A stretch of DNA of 64,000 bases from Nemertoderma westbladi (GCA_032718475.1 JAUCBJ010007168.1:1-64000); one strand, 5' to 3'. Positions 39,903-53,676 are shown, counted from the stretch's first letter. Program-made: numbers and translations. The notes: generated by a model from the sequence alone, not told the origin.

Positions 39903-42900
39903 CTTATTACTACATTATTAACGACATTTAATTTCTCTTACCCGACTGCTACTTTCAAGAAATATTAATTGAATTGTTTTGCGCCTTTCTATGGGCTGCT
40001 TTCTTTCGTTTTTTTTTTCTGGAGGAAAGATTTATTTCAAGCAGATATTCAATTATACTTCAGGGCTCCGCAATTCTTCTTGTGCGTCAGTAGCGAGTAG
40101 GAATCCTTGCTGTTGTTTCGAGTTTTATTAGGTTGCAGTTTTCTTTGTTATTTCAAATAAAAAATAAAACAAACAACGTATTTATACTCCTCGATTATGA
40201 GGGAAAATGAAAATAAATAAATGTAATAATTATAATATTCACATTTATAATTCCAATGAACCTTATAGCATGTATTATGATATGTATAAATCACACAACA
40301 ATTAAACACATTATAATCTCAAATTATGGGGAGTTTATAAATATATTACTAGGATATTTTTAATTAATATCGTTCATATTATTATAATTCTTTGTCAACT
40401 GGTTTACCAGGTTCCATATTGTTACGTCGACCCACGATACCTATAAGTCTCAAGACGCCCTGTAAGCGTCGTCCCTTCATCGTAGCTACAATGCACCTGT
40501 AAGATAAGATTATATGAAATTAGCATTTGTGTCGATAGAACGCGAGCTGTACAGAGTAGATCTACAGCAAATAAACCAATAATAATAATAATAACAGAAA
40601 ATAATATCATTAGTGTTATGTTAAGTTATTATTAGTATAGCAGGTGTTGTTAGTAGTATTATTATTACGTAGTATTCGTCTCCAAACTTCGTCGGGAGAT
40701 TGTTAATCCGCCGTCTCTTAATTCACACATCGATGGTTGGGACTCATAATCCCTCGGATTAATAGATTGCAAATTCTCACGAAAATCAATAGATATAGAC
40801 AGACAGTTAATAGAAACAAAGTTCAACTTCAAACCACGATAGGGAAGGGAGGGGGGGATATTGCAAGGGGCCGGTTCTTCAAATACTAAAGTACCGGTAC
40901 TCACGGCAGTACCGATGCCGTAATCGAACGACCGTCGCGTCCACTTCGTTGGATCCGCCGTATATCACATCGCACGTCCATGAGCACACTCGCCAACATC
41001 TCACCCGTTGGTAGGCCGGCGAACTGGTTCACTCGTGTAGGTGCGGATCCGACTTATCTAACAAAGAAAACCAACAGTTTAATATGAAGTTCCTCGAATA
41101 CACTTCCTACCGGTAACGCAGTAACAGTAGCTGACAATCATACAAACAACCAGCTAACTACCGTACTGCCGTATTCGGAAAATTAAACTCACCGATTTCA
41201 TCGAGGTTGCTCCTGTTTATCATTCGACGTCAGATTATACTCAGTAGAGGCATCCAATAGGCCTACAGCAATATGACCAAAAACCATCCAAAACCCACAG
41301 AAAGTCCGTAGTCTGAAAAAGCAATTGGTTTTGACAACTTTAAAGTCAAGGAATCCTACGCGAAATCGTTTCGAGTTTAATTCTTTCGATGATTCTACGT
41401 CGTCTCATCGTCTGATACTCCACAGATTGTGCATACTGCGTCGAGATAGAACGGGGAACACATTTAGAGTAACATTTAAGGAGTTCCAGACCGACAAAGT
41501 CCGTGAAAAGCGACCGTAATCGCATATAACCGTCGGAACGGAGCTGTCATCCGCTGCCGAATGCGGTACCGGTACTAAATCGTCGCCAGCTGCTGGCTGC
41601 CAGCGGCCGGTGCGGTGGTCGGATTCAAAGACCGCGATTCTTTTACATTTTGTAGACAGTGCCAAGGGCTTCAAATTGACAGAAGCAGAATTTCGAAAAG
41701 AGCAAAAAAAATGACCCAAAATAACAGATTTAACACCGCGCACACGCAAATTAGCGGTAACTGCAAGTAGGCCTACATATAAATATTTTGAATTATTACA
41801 AACTAACGTTCTCATTGCAGCATTGGTTAGTTGAATTCTGTATCGTTAATCCAGGGCTTGTCATAGGCTTAAGCAATTCTGTATCGTTAGGAATCCTGGC
41901 CAGTGATTCGCTGAGAAGGCTGTTCGCGCTTTTAGACCATTAACAGTTTAACCTGCTAATTTAAGTGTATCCTGAATCGACTATTGCCCTTACTAATTGA
42001 CATCAGTTGAAACCAGTCTAAGCGCGGCGTATGACCCACGGGTGTGGGAGACTGGATTCGGTTCTAGAGAAAGTTATTGCAGTAGGCTACTTTGTATTAT
42101 TCGATTGATCGCTACTATATAATCTCCGACAACTATATTTACTTTCGGGGAAATATTAACAGTTCCTTTGGGACGTGGCGCTTTAAGTATCAAACAGAGT
42201 TATGACTTACACTAATCACAACTAGAGGCAATAAGGTGTCGCAAATGGCGCATTCTTTAGGAATGCTTTATTAACCGTCATACTACTTCACATTAATATT
42301 CACACTAATGCACACTGATATGCCATATGCCGACCGTCACTGATTTGGTAATATATAAGGAGGATTGCAACTCACGTACGTTGGGATTATGAAATAGCAT
42401 TTAATTCACACTCACACAAAACCACTATAAATTGAGCCACAAGTGCTACTGATACACCCTTCTGCTTACCTCAGTAATTAAGAAAGTTGAGGGTGATTTA
42501 CGATTATTTATCAGTATTCTCCAAATATAACATCCATTAATATAAACAGCAATTGACAACAATATAAAACAGTATATTAGAAAACAGTGCGGTGAAATCA
42601 GTCAGTGTTATGCTCGGTAGTGCAATATTACGAATCGGTGCTTTGGTGAATTATTGGTGAATTGGTGAATTATGTTAATAGATTTGCGTTCCTATAACTC
42701 TAGCCTCTGATGTTAGGGCAAAAGTCCGAAAGTCAGAACGTCAGAATATGAATCCTGAATGAAGTAGGATTCTAGGAAAACTGCCGCATTGCGTCAGATC
42801 TCATAGGCCGCTGTAAACAGAGAAAAAGAGATAGCTCTGATTGGCTAAAATATATCAACAAAGGAACATTTCTCATACAAACACAGCTGGTAGATTTCGT

Positions 42901-42945
42901 CATCCCAACTCGGTGTTTCTTGACAGACACGTAGTTGCACAATTC

Positions 42946-44111
42946 GGGTAAATCTTTTCGACCTACGCGTAGGCCTACGCGTAGCTACGCGTAGTTCGCA
43001 ACATTGGGTCATATATCACCAGTTTCAGAGTTTTAACAATAACTACGCGTAGGTGCTACGCGTAGCTACGCGTAGGTGCTACGCGTAGCTACGCGTAGGT
43101 CCTACGCGACCTACGCATAGGTGCTACCCATAACTATGCCTATACGTCAGTACGTCGTTTATCATTAGTAGGCTTACGTATTCCAAGCGAGTCAGTACTA
43201 AAATAAGACACAATACGGTATGTTCAATAAACAACCCACAACCATCAAATGCTTTCAACAGTAATGTATCCTATACCTGTATACTCTATATAGAGGAATA
43301 CGCGAAAACTACATATTCTTCACTTCATGCGTTGCGGGCGGTAAAATGTGTTAATAATTAATGTTTAGAGTTCAAAAATAGTTTACAAAGGAAATAGGCC
43401 GATGGTTCTTATCGATTCTCTATGCTTTTTATTGCCTTTGTTCACGATAGGGCAAGGATATACTGTATTTAATATGTTAACCCCTTGACAAGGGAAGGGG
43501 GAGACTAAATTGTCTACCATGATTGGTTGCACTTGTCATTTGACCAAACAATTTGATTATATGCAGTATTTATCAGCTTTCGCTTAACCTCTTCACCGGT
43601 AGACTGGTCGCTTTATTTACTACTGTTCAATATTTAAATAATCCAATGGAAACAAAGATACTTGAATCATGAGACGTGAATTTCAAGTTTATTTTTTATT
43701 CATCCTCTGTGTTTGTATGTGAAAGAGCCGAATATTATTTATTACCAGTGCTGTATGTAGAGATATGAGTTTCCGATTCTGTTATTACATTTGTCTGATA
43801 ATCAGATACCTGACATATACCGATACTTGCCTAACAACTCAACCCTACCGGACCTGAAATGAAAAATCATTGTTATCAGGACTGCTACGCGTAGCACCTA
43901 CGCGTAGCTACGCGTAGCACCTACGCGTAGTTTCAAAATACCTACGCGTAGTTCCAAAATAACTACGCGTAGTTTTAAAACACCTACGCGTAGTTGTTAA
44001 AAAGGCAGTAAGTCTGGCCCTACCGGTAAATGACAGGAATGGAAGTTACAAACTACGCGTAGCTACGCGTAGCTACGCGTAGGCCTACGCTTAGGTCGAA
44101 AAGATTTACCC
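42946..44111. mobile_element. Non-autonomous MULE-like element with CTACGCGTAG subterminal repeats, copy 1
   Basis: TIR GGGTAAATCTTTTCGACCTA / TAGGTCGAAAAGATTTACCC; 9-bp TSD GCACAATTC (42937-42945, 44112-44120). Confidence 0.9.
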
Positions 44112-45129
44112 GCACAATTCTTAGCCCTTTTAGAGTATTTAGCGCATTGCACAAAATGACTTATTTTGTCCGCAAAAGCTTTTACAAAGGCCTAACGATA
44201 GAGAAATATTTAGCAGGGGGTGCGTCCAATTGCTACAAACTGCGACATTTTCAGAGACACTTTTTCAAAATATTTCTTATTTCCTTATTAGTTAGACCTT
44301 TATAGAAATATTCGGAAATAAGTAAATCCTCTCCCTCCATAATATCATACACAGTAAGTACACGGGTGGGGTCTTCGTGCAGCAGAATTACAAGTCATAT
44401 AAGCAAATAATTATCATTATACTATCATATTACACCATGCCCCGGAATAGTGTCGTAATTCAGGTACCTGCCCCCCCCCCCCAAATTTTTATAAATCTCA
44501 ATAAGATGGCATGAAATTTGAAATAGAGATACTGTAGTTTCATCTCACTCCTCCAGCACCCCCTGCCGCCCCCCCCCCCCTCAAATTTTTCTACAAATCT
44601 TAATAAGATTGCATAAAATTTGAAATAGAGATACTGTAGTTTCATCTCACTCCTCCCCGCTGGGTGAGCCAGAATTTTTATTTTCGCTCTTATTCTTATA
44701 ATCTATTATATAAATCTATTCTTAAAAAAGGTGTCTCCGACGATATTGAATATTGAACAGATATATCATTTTACCAGCCTGTTTTCGCTGAAGACATTTT
44801 TTAAACTACTGAATGGGGAGCATGAATTTAAAAAGAAAAATGCGACACCCCACCCTAACCCTACACACACCAAGACTTTTGAAAACAGTCATAATATAAT
44901 TATAACATTTCGCTGATGGCTCGCAGTTGTTCTGACTCGTCCCACAGCAAGAGGCTTTCAAGCACCTAACAGTAATCCAGGACCGGTCAGCCCATACCAG
45001 AACCCAGTACCAGTACTGCAGTAGTACTGTAGTATAGGCATAGTCAGATAGTCCAGTAGTCTACACTCTACAGGTACCTTCAGTCAGTATGGTACCTTTC
45101 AATGTTCAATGTCAATCTGTCGGTTTGTG

Positions 45130-45604
45130 GGGCGAGCCACGAAGTTGGCGGAGCCTTAGCGAATTGACACTGTTAGGGGGTGGGTCAATTTATGCAAATA
45201 GTTGTCGTCGTCGTTGTCGTCGTCGTCGTCGTCGTTACGATTTTGACATGCTAATAACTTTGTCGGATTTAAAGCTGCCAAGTTGAAAATTTGTAGGTAT
45301 CAATATGAGCAAAAGTTGAGATTTTTGAGAGACTTTCAGACACCATCAGTGCAATGGTCTCCCGCTAGAGGGCCACATGTCTAAACATTAAATGCCCTCC
45401 CATTTCTTTGCTTTTAATCCGTTTAAGCTGAAACTTGGCAGATATGTATTAGACCATTAGCTGTGACTTTCAAAGGAGGCGAATCCATCTGCAGTTCTCC
45501 AGTCTGCCGCTAGAGGGCCAACGTGACTATTTGCATAAATTGACCTACCCCCTAACAGTGTCAATTCGCTAAGGCTCTGCCAACTTCGTGCTGCGCGAAG
45601 TCCC
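45130..45604. mobile_element. HINE/MITE-like element with ~65-bp inverted repeats and a (GTC)n tract
   Basis: IR CACGAAGTTGGC...TTTATGCAAATAGT at ~45138-45203 and ~45526-45590 (2 mismatches). Terminal GTGCTGCGCGAAGTCC is shared with ~15300. Confidence 0.65.
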
Positions 45605-46360
45605 CACTTCGTGTCCATAATGTGGGTGATAAAATATCACTAATCAAATATCCCTATTATTACAGTTATTCTGTTACTTGAATGATGAATAAAGTCAATA
45701 AGAGTAGGGCGTATTACAGTCAGACAGTAGGCATTAGACAGTAGGTAATTTAGAAAATCCGCTATTAAGAATTAATATGATAAAATCATAGTTATAAAGT
45801 AAGTTACTGAAATTACAAATGAAATTGAATTAATAAATTAAATTAATATTATAATTAAACTGAGGGGACTGTTTTACATACGGTCATTTAATTTAGCTTA
45901 ATTGGAAAGATTAAAAATAATACTTTATTAATTATAACAGAAAGTTTTTATGTTTCAAGAAACTGCTATTCGCGTGTCATTTATCCCCCTGTCATTTAGC
46001 TTTAAATCATTTACGTAATGATGTGTCATTTAAACTCATTAACATAATCACGTTCACGTTGGTCAGTGTACCCAGAAAAAATTACATAATTCATTATATT
46101 ACATCAGAGTCAAAGTGCCTATCTTATTTATGCTATCTTTCATTGGTATATATTGAACCCTGCTTGACAGGCAAGGCACAGTGACGTCGTCTAATCAAAG
46201 CACAGAAACCTAGGCAGGAGCCAGTGGGCGCCCCCCTGCAGTGGTCAATTGGGCTCCATTTCATTGCTTTACATTACAGACTATTAAACTGGTTGAGAAA
46301 TTATATAATATAGGCCTAAGTAATAAGCTGGCTTTCTAAGAACATTGTATGATATTTTTT

Positions 46361-46624
46361 TTTTATTCTTTAATTGTCAAGCTGAAGTAAAAAACCTTAC
46401 CGGTAGGTATGCAAGTACAGTACGATACAAATACTAAAATAAAAAAGCAACTGACCATTAGACGTTGCATGCAATCAGTAATCAGCTGACGGCTGTCAGC
46501 TGATTACTTATTGCATGCAACGTCTAATGGTCAGTTGCTTTTTTATTTTAGTATTTGTATCGTACTGTACTTGCATACCTACCGGTAAGGTTTTTTACTT
46601 CAGCTTGACAATTAAAGAATAAAA
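46361..46624. repeat. 264-bp near-perfect palindrome
   Basis: Arms of ~130 bp mirror around 46492/46493 with one mismatch seen. Confidence 0.95.
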
Positions 46625-47382
46625 TAATTGTATTAACTCAAGCATTTAATTATTATTGTATGATATTATGATGCCTTATCATGGGGGCGGGGGGGGGGGG
46701 ACCCCCCCCCCCCCCCCGCCCCCATGATAAGGCATCAGCCTGAGGGAATTATTGGTAGTGTGGCTGGAGGCCTGGCTACAACACTTTGATGGGGTATATG
46801 GTCTCCTTTCTACTACTTATTTTCTTTGGCAACCTGCCTGGTATAATGTGGATTGTATCTGGTCTGGGGTCGGGCTCCTTTCCAAAGCAACTTCAACTTT
46901 GAATATTTTCTAATATTTGGTTTATTGCACTTCTCATTATATTTTTTTTAAATTTAACGGAACTTGACGATGGCAAAATGCTCTCAGAGTTAGTGTAAGT
47001 TGGAATCTCCACGGTAGGGTCCCGGGACCCTGGGACCCTACCCTCGCTACGCTAGTGGGCATACGTATAATACACAAGCGTGAGCGAAGCGAGTGAAAAT
47101 TTTTAAGGCTAGGGCTAACTCTTTTTAAAAATAGGCTCTACTGGCTGACTGGTAGAATTTCAAGATGCTCTACCGACTGACCGAGCATCACCACCCTGTC
47201 CCATAATAACCTCGCAGCGGTTTTGGGTCGACGGGCCAAAAGGGCTTTTTTCCTGACCTTCATCCTGGAACCCCACGAACTGACGAAGCCAGGTACTGTA
47301 CACCGGCTTTCATTGCAGTAAAGAAAAGTGTAGGCGCCGTATAACCGCGGTATAATCAGTTTTTTCAATTAAAGGGATATTG

Positions 47383-48592
47383 GGGTAAATCTTTTCGACC
47401 TACGCGTAGTTCGACCTATTGGGGCATATATCACCAGTTTCAGAGTTTTAACATTAATTACGCGTAGGTACTACGCGTAGGTCCTACACAAACTACGTGT
47501 AGGTGATACCCAGAACTTTGCGTATAGCGATGTTACTGTAGTAGGCCTACATATTGCAATCGGTTCAGTACTAAAATAAGACAATACTGTATATTCAATA
47601 GTATTGAATATATTGCTATTGACAGTACACCCATCACCCATCAAGCGCTTTCAAAAGAAATGTCTCATATACTGATATACCTGTAAACTCCATATACTGA
47701 TATAGTTGTATTTGCTACTACTGTATATATTCTTTAGCTTCACTTAATGTCAATGTGATGCGCGCACAATAATGTGTTATAATGTTTAGAGTTCAAGAAA
47801 GGTTTATAAGGAAATACAGTCGGTCGACGGTTCTATTGATTCTCATTGCCAATTATTGCCTTTCTTCACGAGAGGGAGGATATATTTAATGTGCTACCCG
47901 TTTGACAAGTGGGAGGGGAAGAATAATTGTCTACCACGATTTTATGTTGTACTTGTTTTTATGAAACCGATCCGATCCCGTTATTCCGTTTGTCTGATAA
48001 TCAGATACCTGATATACCGATACTTGCCTAACAATAGTTTTACCTACGCTTAGTTTTAAAACACCTACGCGTAGTTGTTAAAAAGGCAGTAAGTCTGGCC
48101 CTACCGGTAAATGCAGCCAGGAACACTGGTCACAATTTGTCCAATTTACAGCCAGAATGTGTCCGCGGAAAACGCTCTCAGAGTGAAATTTCTCCATAGA
48201 AAACAATGCTAAATTTCATTTGGAAACTGGCAGTGAAATTTTAACATTGGCATTCTAAAAATTATGCCATTAGAATCGCCATAAAATTATGTATAAATTA
48301 ATTTGAGAATTAGAATATCATCATTGGGATAACTATCATTAATATTAAAAATAAAAATTGTCACATTATGTGCCCAGCTTCTGCTTTGAGTACTAGTGGA
48401 GGTACAGCCAAAATATGTCCGGAAATATAATCGCAGCCTGTTGAAGGACAAATAGTGGCTTCTCGGACACTTTCTGGCTTTAAATATGTGGACAATTTTT
48501 GGCTGAGCTCCAGCCAGAAAGTGACCAGTGTTCCTAACTGAAATGGCAGGAATGGAAATTACAAACTACGCGTAGGTCGAAAAGATTTACCC
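47383..48592. mobile_element. MULE-like element copy 2 (same family as 42946..44111)
   Basis: Same TIRs; 8-bp TSD GGATATTG (47375-47382, 48593-48600). Confidence 0.88.
48114..48540. mobile_element. Nested 427-bp MITE with 5-bp TSD
   Basis: TIR CAGCCAGGAACACTGGTCAC / GTGACCAGTGTTCCTAACTG (18/20). TSD AAATG, confirmed by the empty site in copy 1 (~44025-44040). Confidence 0.85.
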
Positions 48593-49239
48593 GGATATTG
48601 TGTGTTGAGAAACTGTGATAGGCAAAACAGAAGTAGGCCTAAGCAGCTAGGCTTGTACTGTCCAGCTGTCTGCAGTCTGACAGTTTGTAGCTAGAATAAT
48701 TGCTGAATTGCATCGGATCGGATCGGATCGGACGGCATCTGACATATAATTCTACCTCTAAATAAGCTCTACACTACTGACACTGAGTGGCCTGAATGTC
48801 CAATAGATGCGCTCTAATCACCCCCAATGTGCTCTCCTACCCACCATTGCTGCATTGGCTTAACATGATTAATTGTCACCTCGCCACTCCCTGTCACCTG
48901 TTGCCACTATCCCACGTGCTAGCCTGACTAGCCTGTTTGTCCCTCTGAGGTGGTTTGACCTCTCAACTCTCCCTGTCTGTGGCTTACGGCGTGTATCGCC
49001 TTAGTTGGTTGTGAGGTGACATTATTATTGCTAATGTCACCTCGCCAACTATAATTGGTAAAATGCCACTAATCCCATTTTCGGTGGGTAGTACAGGGAA
49101 TTGAATCCGCTTACATCACCTCTTCTTTATCAGGGTCATTAACATATGGAACATGCTGGACCTGGAACACAGTAGAAACATCATCATCATCATCATTTGA
49201 TCAACACAAATCGTTTTGAAATTCCACCAAAAATATTTT

Positions 49240-49503
49240 GGCACTTGTGTCAAATCAAATAGGTGACCCTCCTAATCTGCTAATCCTGAAATCACCAGCT
49301 AATCCTGAAATTTAGTGCAGGTGATATCAATATTCCTAACTCTTGTTTATTGTTTTTTGGTTACTTTTAACTCACCTCTGTAACCTGCTCCGTTGACCTT
49401 TGCTAACCCTGTAACCGGGCACTAGTGAAAGTGACTTTAGTTTAGGTGATTTCAGGATTAGCAGATTAGGAGCTAGGAGGGTCCACTATTTGACACAGTT
49501 GCC
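49240..49503. mobile_element. Short MITE-like inverted-repeat element
   Basis: GGCACTTGTGTCAAAT...CTCCTAATCTGCTAATCCTGAAATCACC is mirrored by GGTGATTTCAGGATTAGCAGATTAGGAG...ATTTGACACAGTTGCC. Confidence 0.6.
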
Positions 49504-50507
49504 AATGTTTTATTTTACTTTTTTTACCGGGAGAAAAAGTAAAATCAATGCAAAATTATGGCTCTATGGTACATTATTATGTGGCAATATTATTCAATAT
49601 TATTGCAGGTTGCAGTGTTGCCGACTTTGCAAAAGCTGTGCCCAACAATAAGTTACAATATTCAGATATTATGGCAGTCTGGCAGTACCGGTATGGGGAC
49701 AACTTTTTCCCTACCAGTCAGCCAGTAGGGAAAAAAAGTAGGCCTACTACTTTTTCTCCCGATTTTAGGGCATATTCAAGCAAAAAAAGTACCGGTAACA
49801 ATATAAAAATATAAGTTCTTTAAGCTCTGTCTGTACTATGTCTACCATCTGATCATACCATTTGCCATTTAGGATTATAATACTGTAATATTCAAAGTCA
49901 TCTATTAGCATCTGTAAAAATAATTTTTGAACAACATTAACCCAAAGTCAGATAGTGTCAAAATATATTTTGACATTGAAAAAAGTGAGTTTTTGAAAAA
50001 TGCATTTTTGGCTCTACCGGTAGTGATCACAAATGCGAAGCAATGACAAAATTTATTTTAATATTTGACAGACAATTTATTGTTATTCAGACATCTTCTA
50101 ATATTTCAATTTTTATCATAACATCACGCAATCACCCACAATTAAAGAAAAAAGTATAACTTGCTGTATCAAGTCACCTCAATGTATCAAGTCACCCCGA
50201 ATTACGGTACTGCTGTAGGCATAGTGCAGTAGTGTAATATGTTGCATTGGCATACCACATACGGACCGGAATTTAATAGAGTTATCGGTACCGTTCGCGG
50301 TCAGCACGGGGGGCATTTAGGGTATAGGGGGTACCGGTACATAATATATATTTCCATTTTAAAATAAAAACTTTTTTCGACCTTTCGTAGGCCTATTCGC
50401 GTTCGGTTGATTGGCCTACCCTACAGGCCTACGTCCTACGCTACAGCCTACATGTCACTCATCTGCTCACACTCAATTCAATACTGCAATAACAGAATAC
50501 ATTGATA

Positions 50508-51293
50508 ATGGCTGCTGTTTTAAAGCATATCGAGGTTCAAGATTTTAAATCCTATCTTGGGAAGCAGGTTATTGGTCCCTTTAAACAATTTACTGCAATT
50601 ATTGGACCAAATGGAGCAGGTAAGTTTAATTATCTGATTATGTAGGCCTACCTGTAACCTTAAATGTAATCTGATAATTATTACTGTATTAAGAAAAAAT
50701 CTACGAACGTCAGGAACGTATGTTTACGAATTAAGGGAAAGGCGTCTGTATTATAATGTGGTCGCTTCATATTTTCTTTGTTTGTAGGTAAGTCCAATCT
50801 AATGGACGCAATTAGTTTTGTGTTGGGGGAGGATACTAAACTACTCCGATGTACCCGGGTCAAGGATCTCATACACGGGGCCCCTATAGGTAAACCTGTG
50901 GCCACTAGAGCCCATGTCACAGCCGTGATTGAGCAAGAAGATGATTCCGAGTTGCGGTTCACTAGAACCATCGCCGGTGAGTCGCGGGAAAGTATTTGTG
51001 TAATGCTGAAAGGTAAATATCAGCATCTAACACAGCCAGACAGCACATTAAAATGAAAAAAAAATGGACAATCGAACAGACATAATTTAATTGCGATTGG
51101 GCTGTTTATGCTTACCCAAAATATTGTCTGCATTTTCCTACTCGGTAGGCCTAGTCTCTTACATGGTACCTTTTTTTCAGGCCAGGGAACAGAATACCGA
51201 ATCAATAAACGTATCGTTTCGTATCAGGATTACAGCAAGGAGTTGGAAAGATTGGGAATTCTCGTCAAAGCAAAGAACTTCTTGGTGTTTCAG
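50508..51293 (+). CDS. SMC1: Structural maintenance of chromosomes protein 1 (cohesin), exons 1-3; the gene continues beyond the window
   Basis: Exons 50508-50619, 50788-50976 and 51181-51293 with GT-AG introns splice in frame: [52 protein letters not shown]...DLIHGA...[14 protein letters not shown] (Walker A GPNGAGKS). Confidence 0.95.
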
Positions 51294-51415
51294 GTAGGAA
51301 TCATTTGGAATATTAATACCGGTATCAATTAATTATGTCTTTGGATGATCAACTCCATAACAAATGGGAGAGAAAAGTGAATTCGTGAATTTGAGTTCTA
51401 AAAAATGTTTGATTG

Positions 51416-51870
51416 TACAGGGTGTTCATAAAAATTTGATACTTTTTAATTTTGGAATATCAGCCTTAATGAAAATTATAATTAAGGCTGTTGGTATCAT
51501 CTGAAAGCTAAAACCCTAACTTAGAGTAGTTTTAAATTATATAGTTGCTATAAAAACTCCAACATTCACTTTGAGATCACAAGGCTGTATTTGTAGAAAT
51601 TAATTATTAGTGTAACCAAGTGTGATAGTCACCTTGGCAACTCTAATGTGCGATGCAATTATTTTGATTTCCTTCGAATATAGTAAGCCAATAATGACAA
51701 ATATTTATTGGAATTTTTAACAGTTTTTATCGAGTTTCTATGGCAACTACGTAATTTAAAAACAAGTTAGGTTTTTGTCTTTCAGATGATATGAAAAATT
51801 GTAATTTTCATTAGAGTAAAACGCTGTTATTCAAAAATGAAAAAGTAACAAGATGTATTATTCATTGTAT
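51416..51870. mobile_element. Tc1/mariner-type MITE remnant
   Basis: Starts TA|CAGGGTG with degenerate internal inverted symmetry; the right end is unclear. Confidence 0.4.
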
Positions 51871-52200
51871 CTTTCAAAAATAATAATTTTTATTATTAAA
51901 TTGTTACTTTATCGCTCGAATATACCCCAAAATCGGGAGAAAAAGTTTCACTATTTTCCCTAGGGAAAAAAAGTAACCCATATGATTCATTGATTTCACA
52001 TTTTTTTCCGGCGAAAAAAGTGAAATAAAATATTTTTCGTGGAATTTCTTAAATTTTATTAAATATGTTGAAACAGCACCGAAGTAGAAAAGGTTTGCAC
52101 GAGATTTGAGCAAAATCCATTCACACACTTAAAAGTTATTGCAAATTTAATGTCTGCAAGGCGAACTCCAAAACAGAACTCAATATCCAATATTGGTTTA

Positions 52201-53667
52201 TGTTGTTAAGCGGTTCTCTAGTTACGTAATAAATATTCCAGAACACTATATTATTTTAACATTGAGTAAGGCAGCATAGCATCAAGAGTTGAAGAGTACA
52301 ATATAATTACAATAGCAGTAACTATGGAAGCAATATAGTAAAATACTGCAGTTCAATTTATTTTGTAACAATATATCGCTTTATATTTTATTAACGAATT
52401 AAGCAACAAAAAAGTACCAATTTAAGAATAATAATTGAAGAGACAGCAACAATACCTGCAATATCCTACTGTAAAGTTTGTGAATCAAATCATAAATCCG
52501 ACCTTCTCACCAAAACAGTAAACTCCAAGTAAGCGAATATATTGCAGTATCGATCTCTTATGACCGGTGAGGCAGAAAACAGTCTACGAGCAGACAAACT
52601 TCGATAAAACAAAATCCCGCGCAGCGAATCCTAAAATCAGGCTGACTCGCTGACGGACTAAGGGGCTCGTATACTTTGCCGCGGTGTGATTTATATGGTT
52701 TGGTCAAAGGGACGCTAGCTAGGTACAGAGGCAGAGATTTGGAGATGTCTAACTAGCGAGCAAAGTGCAGTAAGGACGAAAGTTAATTTTATATATTTTG
52801 AGGTGTAAATAATTTCTAACGCGCGTGTGTTAATTCTGAACGGTCAAAAGCAGTTTTGCTCCTTCACATATATAATTACTGGGTACGGTGTGCATTTTAC
52901 GAATATTCTAATTTTGTAACTTGTAGGTCCAATACTCACGAATGATAAGGTTCCTTCCCCTCTTGCGTATTTCCAGGACTCAAATTCAGGCATAAGGTTA
53001 ATACTACACCCAGAATTCGGCAATTTTAGGTACCAGGTCCCTGATACTAAGAAGAGATGTGTTAGTTTACTACTGTAGGCGTACGGGTACTAATAGCTAT
53101 CCTGGCTCCTATCTAGAATTTTAGTCACCCAGGTAGTCCGGGTAACTTCCTATTAGGGCGTTGGCGGGGACACGGTAGATGTTAGTATATCCCTGATAGC
53201 CTCAATTTATTTGCGCCTAGTACGTAAACTGCCCTACCGCCTGAACGGTACAATCCTAATTCAGGTGAAAACACAATAACCCTCCTAGCCTACAAGTTCT
53301 GATGTAATGGACACCGTTGTACGGCAAATAGTCACAGACGCACCTGTACTTAGCAAGAGTTAAGCGTACAGTTTGCTGCACCCTAACCAATTTGTATGCC
53401 TTGTACCGGTGTGCCTACGTCCTATCTGCGTACTAGTATCTGCTCTCTCTCCCTCCCCCCGTAGGAATATGAAGGTCTACTGCGGTTTTTCCTGAATCAA
53501 GACAGTACAGTCCCTTTTTGATGTAATTTTAGGCTTACAGCGTGTCACTACGTCTACCTTTTGATCTTTTGGTCTTACACTTAGGTAGCAAGGATCGAAC
53601 GCTGTCTAACCTTTCAGGCGATGGGCGAATAACTCTAGATAGTATTGCGGGTTGTCTCTCGTCTACA
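52201..53667 (-). repeat. Putative 3' LTR of a second LTR retrotransposon, with adjacent PPT remnant
   Basis: Minus strand reads GGGGGAA|TGTAGAC...TAACAACA, with TATAAA at ~52691-52696 and AATAAA at ~52390 and ~52360. The partner LTR is not in the window. Confidence 0.5.
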
Positions 53668-53676
53668 TTCCCCCGA

